Of a DNA stretch of 64,000 nucleotides, positions 12,997 through 26,600 are shown piece after piece. The DNA is taken from contig NC_043019.1 in NCBI RefSeq assembly GCF_006345805.1, forward strand, positions 15,933,360 through 15,997,359, read 5' to 3'. Both the position numbers and the translations under genes were made by a program. The stretch's first letter is position 1, and each line of letters starts with the position of its first letter. The notes below the pieces were generated by a model. It was not told the origin of the DNA. It worked only from the letters and a program-made list of their open reading frames with translations, and ran no database searches. The DNA comes from Octopus sinensis (Eukaryota).

Positions 12997-14568
12997 CTAG
13001 CAGCGATACCCGGCGTTGCCCGTGTTACATGCAATTAAAGAATTAGACTTTTCTGTTATATTATCTCCAATGAACTGGAATACCTATGATTTGAATTTCA
13101 TCTTTACATGCCCTTAAAAAAATTCTAATCATGACACATGTATCCCATACTACTGATCATTATGCACAGATTCCAAAATTCCAGTCTTATGGAACCTGTT
13201 AAAAAGGATTTTGCTCCTGAAAAAATGGAGGTCATGGATCTCTAAAATGTGGGAGTTAAGGCCCCTACTGGGAGTGGGTGTCTTAATGACAACCAGAAGT
13301 GGAAATGTTGAGAATCTTTTTAACTTGGGTCTTATATGTATTGTTCGAATTTCTTTGAAATAGGAAATATATGTATGTTCACTGGGTTTGTAAAAGAGAG
13401 CAAAGCTACAGGAAACCAAAAGCAGTCAGCTACCCTGCCATAGTCGTTACCACTCCCAATGTAGGATTCCTCACCATACAGGTGACAGGCACAGCCGTAA
13501 GATGCACTACAGATCTATAGCAATGGGAAGGGTGTGACCCAACTCAAACATTAAGAGTGTGACGTGAGGACTAAGGAGAAATGAAAGTATCACCTCTGGA
13601 GTTTGCAAATGACCACTATACCAATAGGTATCTGGACAGAATAAATTTACAATCTATAAATGTCTTTCAATAACCAGTCACTCATCTGGGAAGGCCTTGA
13701 AATCAATGTTACCATCTGGGGACTATGTGTAACCCAGTGATAATAAAGACTCAAAATAGGTCCGCAACCAAAATTTTACTCAACACTTTGCAACTAAATC
13801 AATGGAGGCAAAGATGCCTCTCATTTACTTGACAATTTATGCACCACATTGCAGAAATCACAATCTAAGTATATCTCAAAGCAAACCCTTACACTGTTGT
13901 ACCATTGAATTACAAATAATGCTCATGTTTTATGCTCCGGTGACCCTACAGCTTCAAAGAGTACAACTGTATTCATCTTTGCTTAGATAAAATAACTAAA
14001 TGGGGTCTTTCTAACTTCTAAGAAGATGAAATTTTAGAAATATTACTTCATTTGTGTCTAATATCTATGGTTAAAATTTCATCAAGAGCAAAAATATATG
14101 AATAGAATATAATTTCCAAATTTCATAAAGATCCATTCAGTACTTTTGACCTAGTTTTGGATTATAAAAATGACTAAAATTTGGGAGTTAAGGCCCCCAT
14201 TATGGGGGTCTTAGAATCCTCATGAGAAGTGGAAACTTTGAGAATACTTCTTGATGTGTGTCAATTACCCATGGTTGAAATTTCATCAACATTGAAAATT
14301 TATGAATTTTCATGGGGGTTCTGCTTCTTTTAAGCCATCTCAAATTCAAACCAAACATATTGCAGTATACCCACCCTTATGCATTGAATTTAAGTTCCAA
14401 ATATCATAAGCATCCATTCAGTAATTTTGGTCCCTGAAATTTTATCAAACACACGGCATTACCCTTCTCCCTAGATTTGGATTTTGTGTTCCAAAATTCA
14501 TTAGGATCGGTGCAGTAGTTTTCGAATGTCTAAGTAACACACAAACACATTGACTTTCCTATAATAGA
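12997..14568 (-). mobile_element. Non-autonomous Helitron (about 1.57 kb)
   Basis: Minus strand begins A|TC at 14568 and ends CGGGCAACGCCGGG (hairpin)-TATCGCTG-CTAG|T at 12997; no TSD; internal direct repeat TGGGAGTTAAGGCCCC at about 13250 and 14182. Confidence 0.8.
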
Positions 14569-14689
14569 TATGAATATGCACATATACATACATATATATA
14601 TATACACACACACAGAATAGATTGATAGATACAACTGAGAGGGCAACCAAAAATATGAGACACTGCCAAGTGCTTTTTTTTTATTTTGA

Positions 14690-14975
14690 TAAGCCTGGTA
14701 CTTATTCTATCAGTTTCTTCTTGTCAAAGTTATGGGGATGTAAATAAATGAACACCAGTTGTGAAGCAGTGATGAGGAAGAAACAGAGACAAAGACACAC
14801 ACATACACTTATACGATTGATTTCTTTCAGTTTCTGTCTACAAAATCCACTGCCAAGGCTTTGGTTGGTCTGAGGCTTATAGCAGAAGATACATGCCAAA
14901 TCACCACACAGTGGAACTGAACCCAAGACCATGTGTTTTGGAACCAAGTTTCTTACCACACATCCACACCTGCAC
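14690..14975 (-). mobile_element. SINE (dominant family, diverged)
   Basis: AAGCCTGGTACTTATTCTATC...TTTCAGTTTCTGTCTACAAAATCCACT...CTTACCACACA. Confidence 0.8.
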
Positions 14976-15100
14976 CTATGTATGTGTGTGTGTGTGTATA
15001 TGTATGCATGTATACATATTACATGTACATCTATATATATACACATATATACACATACAGCTACACATATGATATATATATATAATATATATACATACAT

Positions 15101-15609
15101 AACCTGGGATGAAGTGGTGAAGCACGACCTTCGAACTTTAGGCCTCACCAAGGATATGACTAGTGACCGAGACTTTTGGAGATATGCTGTTCTTGAGAAG
15201 ACCCAGCAAGCCAAATAAGACCATAATCTCGTGGCCTATACCAGGGGGTTAAACCAGCCCACTTCTTTGGACACTAAACTCTGCTTGCAAAGACCTGTTG
15301 AGGCACGTAAAATCAAAATCAAATTCGATGACTGGCATCTGTGCTAGTAGGGTGCTAAGAGCACCATCAAGCGTGATCGTTGTCAGAGCGGCTAACTGGC
15401 TTCCGTGCCGGTGGCACGTAAAAGGCACCATTTGAGCGTGATCGTTACCAGCATCGCCTCGGTGTGGTTGGCGTTAGGAAGGGCATCCAGCTGTAGAAAC
15501 TCATCCAGATTAAGATTGAAGCCTGGTGCAGCCATCTGGTTCACCAGCCCTCAGTCAAATCGTCCAACACATGCTAGCATGGAAAGCGGACGTTAAACGA
15601 TGATGATGT
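15101..15609 (+). mobile_element. RTE-clade LINE 3' end (ORF C-terminus, 3' UTR, (GAT)n tail)
   Basis: TWDEVVKHDLRTLGLTKDMTSDRDFWRYAV matches the RTE C-terminal W..D..DL..LG....DR..WR pattern; stop at 15218. Confidence 0.85.
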
Positions 15610-15621
15610 TTATGTATTATG

Positions 15622-15662
<41 letters not shown>

Positions 15663-15699
15663 TAATAGTTTCAGTATTAGTGAAAGTATCTGACATTAC

Positions 15700-15916
15700 A
15701 ATAGAGAGAAGTTATTGTTTCACTTTTGACACATAATACTGAAATAGTGGAGAAGATATGATATTGCCGTGGGCTCGCACTAGGCAAGAAGTTAAAAATT
15801 CTTTTGCCCTCTGACACTACATGGTCCCTAAGGCATGTGTAAAATTTGAATGAAATTGGTTGAGTAAGTTCTCAAGTTTTAGGGATTCACACAGACAGAC
15901 ATTCTCATCTTTATTT
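15700..15916 (-). mobile_element. Helitron-like terminal fragment
   Basis: AAATTTGAATGAAATTGGTTGAGTAAGTTCTC...ACAGACAGACATTCTCATCTTTATT resembles the 14490-14568 end of the Helitron above. Confidence 0.5.
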
Positions 15917-15933
15917 ATATATATATATATATA

Positions 15934-15979
15934 AACACTACTACTACCACATACGGGTACTTGCTGTTTGTGTGTATAC

Positions 15980-16017
<38 letters not shown>

Positions 16018-17376
16018 CAATGTAATAAGTTGTCCATGAATTTCAGCATAAAATACACACTACACATGTCCTTACACACACACATTACTATTATTACACG
16101 CTACTATTCGGGAGCTACTTTATACATATTTATAAATTGTCTACTGATTTGTGCGCGCGTATATATACGTAAATATATATGCGGGTACTCTACACATCAT
16201 ACACACGGGAGCCAGCTCTGAGTGTGAGAATATATATATACATAATCCAAAAGAAAGTTGTTTAATGCGTCCTTTCGAGGGACGCCTAAAAACTTTAAAG
16301 GTTGGTACTGGTGTAGAATTTATATTCAAATAAAAATAAACCTTATATTCTAAAATGTACTGGGGCCTTTCTAATATCAATTGGTACCCCTTAATATAAT
16401 GAAGCTCTTTAGATTAAAGGTACCATATACACATAACTCCGAGTACAGGATGCTCCACGCTTATATATATATATATGTGTATATATATATATATATACAC
16501 ACATACACACGTATATGCATATATGTCCCATCACAACCAACACCCACTCTATTTTAATTAAAAGAAATCTGAGGAGGAACTTGTACTAAATAGCTGATAA
16601 TATTTTTATTTCCCCCTCAATTTCAATGTTTTAAGCTCATACATAAAACGTGATTTATTTCACAATACATGTTATAAAAGCACCACCAATAAATTGTGTT
16701 GCAATCCTGTAGAGTCATTTACACTGTGGAGTTTTAATGACTTCAATATTGTTTAAATTACTTAAAACTATTATATAAGCTATTTAAATAAAATGTGACA
16801 TTCGCCCCCCCCCACCTCCGACCTATCTGCACACACCTTGTCACTATTTTCAGTTCAACACATTAAACACAACCTATAGAGTAATAATGTATACACAAAC
16901 ATATCCCACAATATACACGCAACACCAAAGGTTAGAGTACAAAATTCGCTTTTTAATTAACCAAATTATCAGAAATAACAACAAATATATCGTTAAAAGT
17001 ACATGGCTCCACTTTGTTGTATATAACACGCACACACACTATATATATATATATATAAATATGTATATATATCATGTATATGCATACAAAGTCCCTACAC
17101 AACACATTACTTATCTTACATGTACATAAGTAACATGGTGTGTGTGTGGGGGAGCATGTATACATAAACATATATATATAGAAAACACATATATACAGCG
17201 AGAGCGATAAGGATATTATTTTTATATACACTCGCACTGTAGTATCCTAAAAGAAGCACATAACGAACACGTGAACATGTAAACGCATATAGTTCTATGT
17301 TTTATATATATATATAATATATATATATATAACACTACTACTACCACATACGGGTACTTGCTGTTTGTGTGTATAC

Positions 17377-17428
<52 letters not shown>

Positions 17429-17890
17429 CAATGTAATAAGTTGTCCATGAATTTCAGCATAAAATACACACTACACATGTCCTTACACACACACATTACT
17501 ATTATTACACGCTACTATTCGGGAGCTACTTTATACATATTTATAAATTGTCTACTGATTTGTGCGCGCGTATATATACGTAAATATATATGCGGGTACT
17601 CTACACATCATACACACGGGAGCCAGCTCTGAGTGCGAGAATATATATATACATAATCCAAAAGAAAGTTGTTTAATGCGTCCTTTCGAGGGACGCCTAG
17701 AAACTTTAAAGGTTGGTACTGGTGTAGAATTTATATTCAAATAAAAATAAACCTTATATTCTAAAATGTACTGGGGCCTTTCTAATATCAATTGGTACCC
17801 CTTAATATAATGAAGCTCTTTAGATTAAAGGTACCATATACACATAACTCCGAGTACAGGATGCTCCACGCTTATATATATATATATGTG

Positions 17891-17923
<33 letters not shown>

Positions 17924-18724
17924 GTATATGCATATATGTCCCATCACAACCAACACCCACTCTATTTTAATTAAAAGAAATCTGAGGAGGAACTTGTACT
18001 AAATAGCTGATAATATTTTTATTTCCCCCTCAATTTCAATGTTTTAAGCTCATACATAAAACGTGATTTATTTCACAATACATGTTATAAAAGCACCACC
18101 AATAAATTATGTTGCAATCCTGTAGAGTCATTTACACTGTGGAGTTTTAATGACTTCAATATTGTTTAAATTACTTAAAACTATTATATAAGCTATTTAA
18201 ATAAAATGTGACATTCGCCCCCCCCCACCTATCTGCACACACCTTGTCACTATTTTCAGTTCAACACATTAAACACAACCTATTGAGTAATAATGTATAC
18301 ACAAACATATCCCACAATATACACGCAACACCAAAGGTTAGAGTACAAAATTCGCTTTTTAATTAACCAAATTATCAGAAATAACAACAAATATATCGTT
18401 AAAAGTACATGGCTCCACTTTGTTGTATATAACACGCACACACACTATATATATATATATAAATATGTATATATATCATGTATATGCATACAAAGTCCCT
18501 ACACAACACATTACTTATCTTACATGTACATAAGTAACATGGTGTGTGTGTGGGGGAGCATGTATACATAAACATATATATATAGAAAACACATATATAC
18601 AGCGAGAGCGATAAGGATATTATTTTTATATACACTCGCACTGTAGTATCCTAAAACAAGCACATAACGAACACGTGAACATGTAAACGCATATAGTTCT
18701 ATGTTTTATATATATATATATATA
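15934..18724. repeat. Tandem duplication, 2 x about 1.4 kb (15934-17330 and 17331-18724)
   Basis: Near-identical units, with duplicated ORFs in the track (16141/17552, 16887/18293); all junctions lie in (TA)n. Confidence 0.95.
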
Positions 18725-19437
18725 CTGCTGTTAATGTGTTTCACGAACACACACGTATACATTATATATTTCCGTAAATTGTACGAGCCTAAAAACCGGT
18801 GTAGTCTATGTTGTGTCCCTGGATTTCCTTGACTGAACAGTTCGACTCATAGAGGTTGAAAAGAAAGAGAAAAAAACCCACAGGGAGTCGATGCCTCAGC
18901 ATGGCCCTGTTCCAATAACTCGTATCTGTAGGATATCGATTTCTATATAAATTCTGTATTAAAATGTTTCTCTTAGAGCGAACCATGTGGCAAGCATGTG
19001 TACATGTGTATCTTTACATATGTATAGTTGTGTATACACACAGAGCTCCAGCACGGTGCTATATAGGACTTATGCACTGTTACATACATGTACAAATCTG
19101 TATGTATATACATATAAAAAAACATATATACATGTAACAGCTAAGAGCATATTAATTGGACACTTGAGTTAAACGGAAAAGATAAAAAAAAAATTGTGGG
19201 GAGGGGCGAAAACAAGAATTAGTAGTACACATACACATGTATATATATTTTATACACACATATATACATATATATAAACAAAACAAAAAATAAAAATCTA
19301 TAATCAACCAAGTGTAAACAAGTTACATGAGAAAGGAAGGATTTTTTTTATGTGGAATTAATGGATATTGGTTTTGAAGATTGTTAACGGTTGAAAACAT
19401 GGGACAAATCGATACATAAATATGTATTTGTGCGTGC

Positions 19438-19474
<37 letters not shown>

Positions 19475-19984
19475 GAGAGAGAGAGGGGGGTGCGCGCTTC
19501 CCTTTCGACCTGCTTTCAATTAAAGTCTCACTTTTCAATTTGAATCAAAACCATGGACAGGGAAATTAATTGGCCAAGATGTGAATTCGATCAACGAGAG
19601 ATAAGGGTCTATATATATATATATATATATTTATAATGTGTGTGTGAGAAAGAGAGAGAGACTGAGAGCGAGTGAAACAACATAACATAACTGATGTATT
19701 TTCGTGGCTTCACTTCTGACCTGGGGCTAAACACGATGCTATTTAACCCCAGGTGGATAATATTGGAGCAGTCCTGTGATCAAACATCGTTCAGTCACGA
19801 CCATCACGTCTTTTATTCAGTATATCTAAGACTACATCAACCAATGTATCCTACATTTTTTTCTTTTGTGACGGTACGATGCCGTTTAAGTTCAATTTTA
19901 CTGCTATTTCTAGCAGGCGAGTGACCATATTAGCGGCTCCACTCACTGGCTAGTGGTCTGTGTGTATATATAGGAAGAGAGTGA

Positions 19985-20015
<31 letters not shown>

Positions 20016-20491
20016 CATACGTATTTATCAGTGTATGTTTGTGTATAACTGCATGTAGATGTATGTTTTCGACACTACCTTGTGTTGTGATTGACAATGT
20101 GTGCATGTATGTGTGTGTTTACATATACACATATATATGTGTATATATATATATATTTATTCCTTCTTGTATAGTAGTTTCAGAGTATATACTGTTGTAA
20201 ATGTGTAAGTTTGAGTAAAGTGAGTGGCTGTACGGTTAGTTGTATTTGAGTGTGTATGAAGTAGGGAAGATTGTCTGTGTTAAGTTAAAATGTGTACGAA
20301 ATGTTAAGTAAAGACGTTATTGTATAGTTTCGAGTAAATGAGTGAAACAAGTGTGTTTACGTTTGATTGCATGAGTGAGTGTTCCATTATAAATATATAT
20401 ATGTGTATATATTTCTATAAATATGAATGAGAGGAGAGAAGAGACTGCGAGTGAAATATGGCGTGAGAGAGAGAGAGAAAGAGTAAAAAAG

Positions 20492-20913
20492 ATGGAAGAG
20501 TGAGAGAAAGAAGAGATCAGGTGAAGCGAGAAAGCGGGAGTGACAGTATGAGCGATTAGATAGAGGGAGTTAATGAGGGAGAGGGTAAAAGAAGATCGTA
20601 AGGGTGAGTAGGAAGAGAGTGACTGTGCGAGAAGAGAGCAAAGCGAGAGAAAAAGAGATAAGGTGAAAGGAGAGAGTGAGAGAGAAAAAGATACAGTAAA
20701 TGGAAGAGTGAGAGAAAGAAGAGATCAGGTGAAGCGAGAAAGCGGGAGTGACAGTATGAGCGATTAGATAGAGGGAGTTAATGAGGGAGAGGGTAAAAGA
20801 AGATCGTAAGGGTGAGTAGGAAGAGAGTGACTGTGCGAGAAGAGAGCAAAGCGAGAGAAAAAGAGATAAGGTGAAAGGAGAGAGTGAGAGAGAAAAAGAT
20901 ACAGTAAATGGAA
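20492..20913. repeat. Exact tandem duplication of a 208-bp purine-rich unit
   Basis: ATGGAAGAGTGAGAGAAAGAAGAGATCAGG...GATACAGTAA at 20492 and 20700. Confidence 0.95.
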
Positions 20914-21031
20914 AGAGTGAGGGTGTGAGAGAAAGACGAGATAAAGTAAAAGGAGAGAGGGATTGAGTGAGAGCACATGTACGTATGTATGTATGTATAT
21001 AGTAGTAGTACAAGTGTTAAGTGTTACTTAC

Positions 21032-21098
21032 CGTCAGCAAGGCTCGAAAGGACGAGAGAAAGAAGCAACACGGCAAGAGGAAAAGCATGGGACGCCAT
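21032..21098 (-). CDS. First coding exon of an unidentified secreted or membrane protein (signal peptide)
   Basis: ATGGCG start; MASHAFPLAVLLLSLVLSSLA-D has a hydrophobic core and an S-L-A cleavage motif; ends G|GTAAGT (consensus donor, phase 1); lies in a non-repetitive island. Confidence 0.75.
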
Positions 21099-21244
21099 AG
21101 ATAAAAAAGGATCAGGGGGAGAAATGTCCCCCCATAGAAATCACTTAGAGAAATTGCGCCAGAACTGGGCATGAATACATCCAATGAACCGTTCCACCAC
21201 TTCCAATCTGTTTTAGCCTTGCGCTGCCGCCGCCCTCAATAGCG

Positions 21245-22238
21245 ACTGCTGCTGCTGATAATTGTGTTGTTGTAATGATGATGGTGATGGTGGCGGTGGT
21301 GTAGTAGTGGGAGGAGGAGGAGTAGTAGAAGTAGGAGGAAAGGCAGTGGTGCTGCTGCTACTGCTAGTTGTATTATTGTTGTGGTGGTGGTGGTGGTGGT
21401 GGTACAGCGGAAGGAGGAGTAGTAAAAGTGGTAGTACAATCAATGAGAGAGAGGAAGGGCAGAGGTGGTAATGCTGCAGCTACTGCTAATTATTGTGATG
21501 ATGATGGTGGTGGTGGTGGAGGTGGGTATACTAATAGAAGTAGTAGCAGCAGCAACATTACTGTCAATGGCAGAGGGAGGAAGGGCAGTTGTGGTAATGT
21601 TACTGCTGCTGATAGTTGGTATTACTGTAGTGGTGGCGATGGTGATAGCGGTATAGTGGGAGTAGTAGCGCTACTGCTTAGTGCTGCCGATAGTGACTGT
21701 GTTATCGTAGTAGTGGTAGTGATGATATTCTAGCAGTAGTAGTAGTAGTAATATTAGGGGGGGGGGGATGCCAATGACGGAGGGAGGAAAGGCAGTGGTG
21801 ATAATGCTGCTGCTACTGCTGATGATAAATTGTGTTGTTATGATGGTGGGAGTAAGTAGTAGTAGCAGTAGTATTGTCAATGATGGAAGGAGGAAGGGTG
21901 GTAGTAGAAATGCTGCTGCTACTAATACTGCTGATGATGATTGTGCTGATACAATGGTGGTGGTGGTGGTGGTGGTGGTAATATTGTGAGAATAGTAGTA
22001 GTAATACCGTCAATGACTGGAGTAGGAGGGGAACTAGTGGTAACGCTGCTTGTAGTAGTAGTAGTAGTAGTAGTGATGGTGGTGGTGGTGTTTGTGCTGC
22101 GGGGTAATGTAGTATTAGTATTAATAGAGTCGATGGCGGGATAGGGAAGAATAGTGGTGGTAATGTTGCTGTTGTTGATGATGATGATGATGATGATTGC
22201 TTTGCGTTGGCGATGGCGGCGACAGTGGAAGTTTAGTG

Positions 22239-22270
<32 letters not shown>

Positions 22271-22740
22271 GGTTGCAGTGTCAATGAAGGGGCAGAGGTA
22301 GAAGTAGTGTCAATGAGGAAGGTGAAGAAGGAAAGGAGGTGGTGACGGTGGTGGTGATGATGAGGCTAAGGAGAAGAAAGTAATGTTTGTAGTGGTGGTA
22401 ACGGTAATAGTAATCGTGATCCTGGTGGTGCTAGTGGAGGTGGTGGTGGTGGTGGTGGTAGTAGTAGTAGTAGTAGCGTCAATGATGGGGAGAAGGACGA
22501 GGTAATGCAATGCTAGTACTGCTTGTACTATTGACAGCGGAGGAAATGGTATTACGGCAGTTGATGATGATGATGGAGCGAGGTGGAGTGATGCTATTAT
22601 TGTCAAGGACCAGGGAGAGGGGGAGGTGCGTAAGTATTGTAACGGTGGTGGTGGAGTCAATGAGGGGGGAAGAAGTTAGGTAATGTGTATTGATGTTGGT
22701 GATGGTGATGATAGAGGTAACGGTAGGGTGGTGGTGGTGG
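21245..22740. repeat. 1.5-kb mosaic of trinucleotide repeats (GGT, AGT, GAT, GCT)
   Basis: Direct inspection; recurrent GTCAATGA.GG..GAGG.AGG sub-motif; stops in all frames. Confidence 0.9.
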
Positions 22741-22764
22741 TACACTCACATATATGTCTATATA

Positions 22765-22930
22765 AGGTGTGACTGAGTGGTTAAGATGCTCGCTTCGCAA
22801 TCAGTATGTCTCCAGTTCGATCTCACGATGTGGCATCTGGAGCGAACGTCTTTTATATAATAAGCATTGGGTCGATCTAAGCTTCGCGAACGAACTTACG
22901 TTAGCCAGAAACTGGATGGAAGCCGTCGGA
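22765..22930 (+). mobile_element. Diverged SINE 5' half
   Basis: tRNA-like boxes (TGACTGAGTGG, AGTTCGATCTC) followed by ...AGAAACTGGATGGAAGCCGTCG. Confidence 0.6.
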
Positions 22931-23049
22931 TGGGACAACATTTGTACTTGAAAAGCCTATCCTTGCCAATTCATGTGACCCTGATTCTGCTGGAGAATAC
23001 ACAGCCTGAATGCAAGGGTTCAGCAGTTTCTCACAAAACAACTTGCACA

Positions 23050-23265
23050 GATGATTTGTTTCTAGTGATCAAATGTTTTTCAACTGTACATTAGCTCAAT
23101 CCCTCCATCAAATCGATGTTACCTGCACAGTGCACCACACGTCAGAACAACGTGTGATGAAGTGATTTGTTCAAGAACACCACGCATTACCCGGTCCAGG
23201 AATCGAAACCGTGATCTTGCGATCGTGAGTGGAACACCTTAACCATTAGGCTAAGTGTTTTCACA
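23050..23265 (-). mobile_element. SINE (tRNA head on minus strand)
   Basis: GGAATCGAAACC...CCTTAACCATTAGGCTA is the reverse complement of B and A boxes. Confidence 0.65.
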
Positions 23266-24359
23266 TAGTCATTGGAATACTCAGTTGCTTACTCTATAAT
23301 ATTATACAATGAAATGTTGATTAAACAACTGGAAAACTCGTCGTTGAAATCGACGGATGGTCCAAGAAATGGACCAGCCTATGTGGATATACCAAGGCAC
23401 TCGTCAACCAAGTATGGGAGAACATCCTGAGAGAAAAAAGAAGTTATATTTCTCAGTTTTGATGTCGGTTTGATTTCTGCAGTTTGGAGGAGATATCAGT
23501 CGACTTGAGTTCACCAAGATACTGGATCGATGTCCTTTACAGCGAAAGTGGGCGATACCGTTGAGAATCCCTCATCCGAAATTTCATGGAGCAGAAAGTG
23601 TTACAGGTGTCGGATTTTGGAATATCTTTTTATATTTGCTTTGGTATATGACCCCAGTCTAATCACATTATCCATTTACATTTTATAATATAGCTTATAC
23701 ACATTTCTTGAATGTAGTTTTATATGTTTTAATTATTTCTCATACATAAAGCCGTCAGAAAGATAAGGTATAAGTCTCCGCCTTCGAGGTATATTTTGAA
23801 TTAAAGATTACAGTACATGTACACCATTTGTGTTTGTATTTTTTTACGATACTGTACAAGTATTAGGTTTTATGTAAGATATAAAAACAAAGTATTGGAC
23901 ATGATTACAAGTGAATAAAAAGAAAATTGAAAACGTCAGCACTTTAGTTCTAAATATGTTAAATAATGACGCTAGTCACGTTACGCTCATACGGTAGGTG
24001 ACATTTAGATCTCACGAAGAAATAACGTTTCGTGCTTACTGTACAAAGCACAAAACATGACCCATGATCATTGCTTATAATCTCATCGCTGTACCTGGTG
24101 GAACTTTTCCAATACTTTGTGGAATTCACCTTTTGTAACGTGTCATGTCAACTTTCTAAAAACTTTTGGATCTTAGAGGTTTTCGGATTTTGGTATTTCA
24201 GATAAGGGACTTTCAACTGGATTGGGAAATGCACAACTCGACACAATTATAATGTCAGATTCTCTATTTTGGATCTTGGATCTCTAAAATCTCCCTGGAA
24301 GCATGTCTGAATGTTTTGAAAGATTCTTAGTCAGAGACCTTATATCTTAGCCGTCAGGG

Positions 24360-26480
24360 CAACGGTCGTTGGCTGCTGGAATTTAATGACAGCTAGCAAC
24401 CCTAAGCAGTTTCTTGGGTGTCTGAACAACTGTTTAAGAACCGATCTCTTTACCTTACTCGGGAAAAGACTTCGAAATGTAACATCGAACTCTTCCATTC
24501 AGAGCAGCTCCTGGACAGGAAATGACACCTACCAAGAGACTCCTTTTAGCAATAAATGAATGAATAAACAAACAAACACAAATATACGACTTAGACTATT
24601 CAAACACCAAAAAAAATATAGACTGAAACACATCTGATGCTCCCGTGAGTCATTGCTGGGATGATGTTTGCCTAACTTCCATATATATTGTGTTTATGAA
24701 GAGATCTTCTCTCTGACAAAACCACAGCGTCGTTATGAGAGCGGACTATGCCTCCTTCTGGAGCAAAGAAGGGGGCTATCTTGAGGGTAATCATCATGAA
24801 GATGACGTCAGTTTTACTGTGAGACACAGGCTTCTGTCTAAACTGACTGAAATATCAATTAGCATGTTAATTTATACTTCCCTAGTTGAAAGCTACCATG
24901 TCACCTTACTCTATTCCTGTGCACCACTCCTGCCGTTTGCTATTCAAGACAAACAGCACTTCTGTCAGTCATTAGATCAAGCACTGACTAAGATATCAAA
25001 ATATGACATAGTCATCATAATGAGCGATATTCATTTAAAAGCAGGAAGGAATTAAATAATCCTGGGATCGACTGGTCAAAGACCAGAGTGTTGGAAAAAC
25101 TAAACTAACTGAGTCGTCAATTAGCATGTTAGCTGGAAGCTACGATGTCACCTTACTGAATACCTATGTACCATCCTTGCCGCTTGGTAATCAGGACAAA
25201 GAGTAATACTATTAGTCATTAGATCGCACTAAGATTTCAAACTGTGAAGGTCATCATAATGGTTTCAAATGATGGCACAAAGCCACCAATTACATCGACC
25301 TCAGAGCCGAGCTGGAAGATATTTTATCGATCCTGAAAGGATGAAAGGCGAAGTTAGCACATTGGGAGAAATACCGCTAGGCAATGTTTCCGACTCACTA
25401 ATGATTCTGACAGCTCACCGTTCCCTTGAAAGTCATCAAAATGGGTGATTTTAACATAAAGGTAGGAAAGAATTAAGTCATCTGCTGATAACTGAGGTCA
25501 TCTTAACTCATCGAGTGATTGAAAATCATGGTGTTGGGAAAACTAAAAGCTATGGCCTCAGACATTTTCCTCTGTGTGCATAACATGACCTCACTATTAC
25601 AAACATCGTCTTCTAGGACAAAGAAGGGTTCATGGATTTATTCCAAATCTAAAAGCTAGTGCTTCCTCGACTACATCTTGGTCCTATGGATAATCCTCAA
25701 AGATGTCCTGGCAGCTCATCCATGTAATCAATGAAACTATTCGTCGGACAAACCACTTCCAGGAACTTCTGTCACTCTGTAGCTGTCAAACTGAAAGCCC
25801 CAGAAGCACACTTGTTCCTGTGAGACGGTATGGATGACAAATGGCCGTTCATAAGTTTCACACTTTAAGATGTTATTGCTTTTGCTGTAGCCATTTGATA
25901 CAACAAAAAAAAAAAATTCATCAAAGCTTGTTCAATATGAACTCCAGCAGAATCGCCAAGTTCTTGGATGACATGCACAAGAGCTACAAAGCAATCCTGA
26001 ACTGCCTACAATTTGAAAATAGTCAATGGTTGATTCTTCTCAGTAAGACTCAATCGAACCTTTGGAACTCGATCAATGTTGGCATGCAAAAAAAAAAATT
26101 TAATAAATTCATAAAAAGCAGATGCATGGAGGCAATCATGATGTGCACAATTTCGATTATGCAAATAAAGATCTTCCAATAATTTCCATTGTTTCAGACA
26201 TTCTTCCATGCCACCGGTCAAGTTAGCAGAAAGCATAACCTTACTTCAAGACCATTTAGCACACGCAGGAAGAGGAGCACCTCAAAGCAGTTCCATAATC
26301 AGCCTAAACTAGTGGATTCAGAAATCATTAGGGAAGGGGGAGTATTTTGCAAAATGCTCACCATCTACCAACGTGACGAGCCACTGAAATTTTACTGAGG
26401 CTCATGCTGTCATTACAGCGTTGATAAACAAGAAATGTCCTTGAACGAAGAACATTTCAGTAAAAAAAATAGAGAGCTTG
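24360..26480 (+). mobile_element. Decayed RTE (BovB-like) LINE 5' part with APE endonuclease, internal duplication and nested SINE fragment (about 25262-25420, minus strand)
   Basis: YASFWS...VSFTVRHRLL...VTLLYSCAP...DKQHFCQSLDQAL...VIIMSDIHLKAGRN follows the APE motifs YAP and GDFNA.VG; segment about 24840-25100 is repeated from about 25100. Confidence 0.8.
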
Positions 26481-26600
26481 AAGATGATCTCACACACACA
26501 CACACACGAACCTTGAACTGCAAGGTAAGCATTTAGTTTATAATTATATATATATAACAAATGAGAGAAATAGAAAATGGAACTCACGGGATTCTTTATT

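Noticed and set aside
21213-22745. Poly-His, poly-Thr and poly-Val ORFs resembling a low-complexity transcription factor
   Set aside because: Short, overlapping in all frames and on both strands, with frequent stops and no domain.
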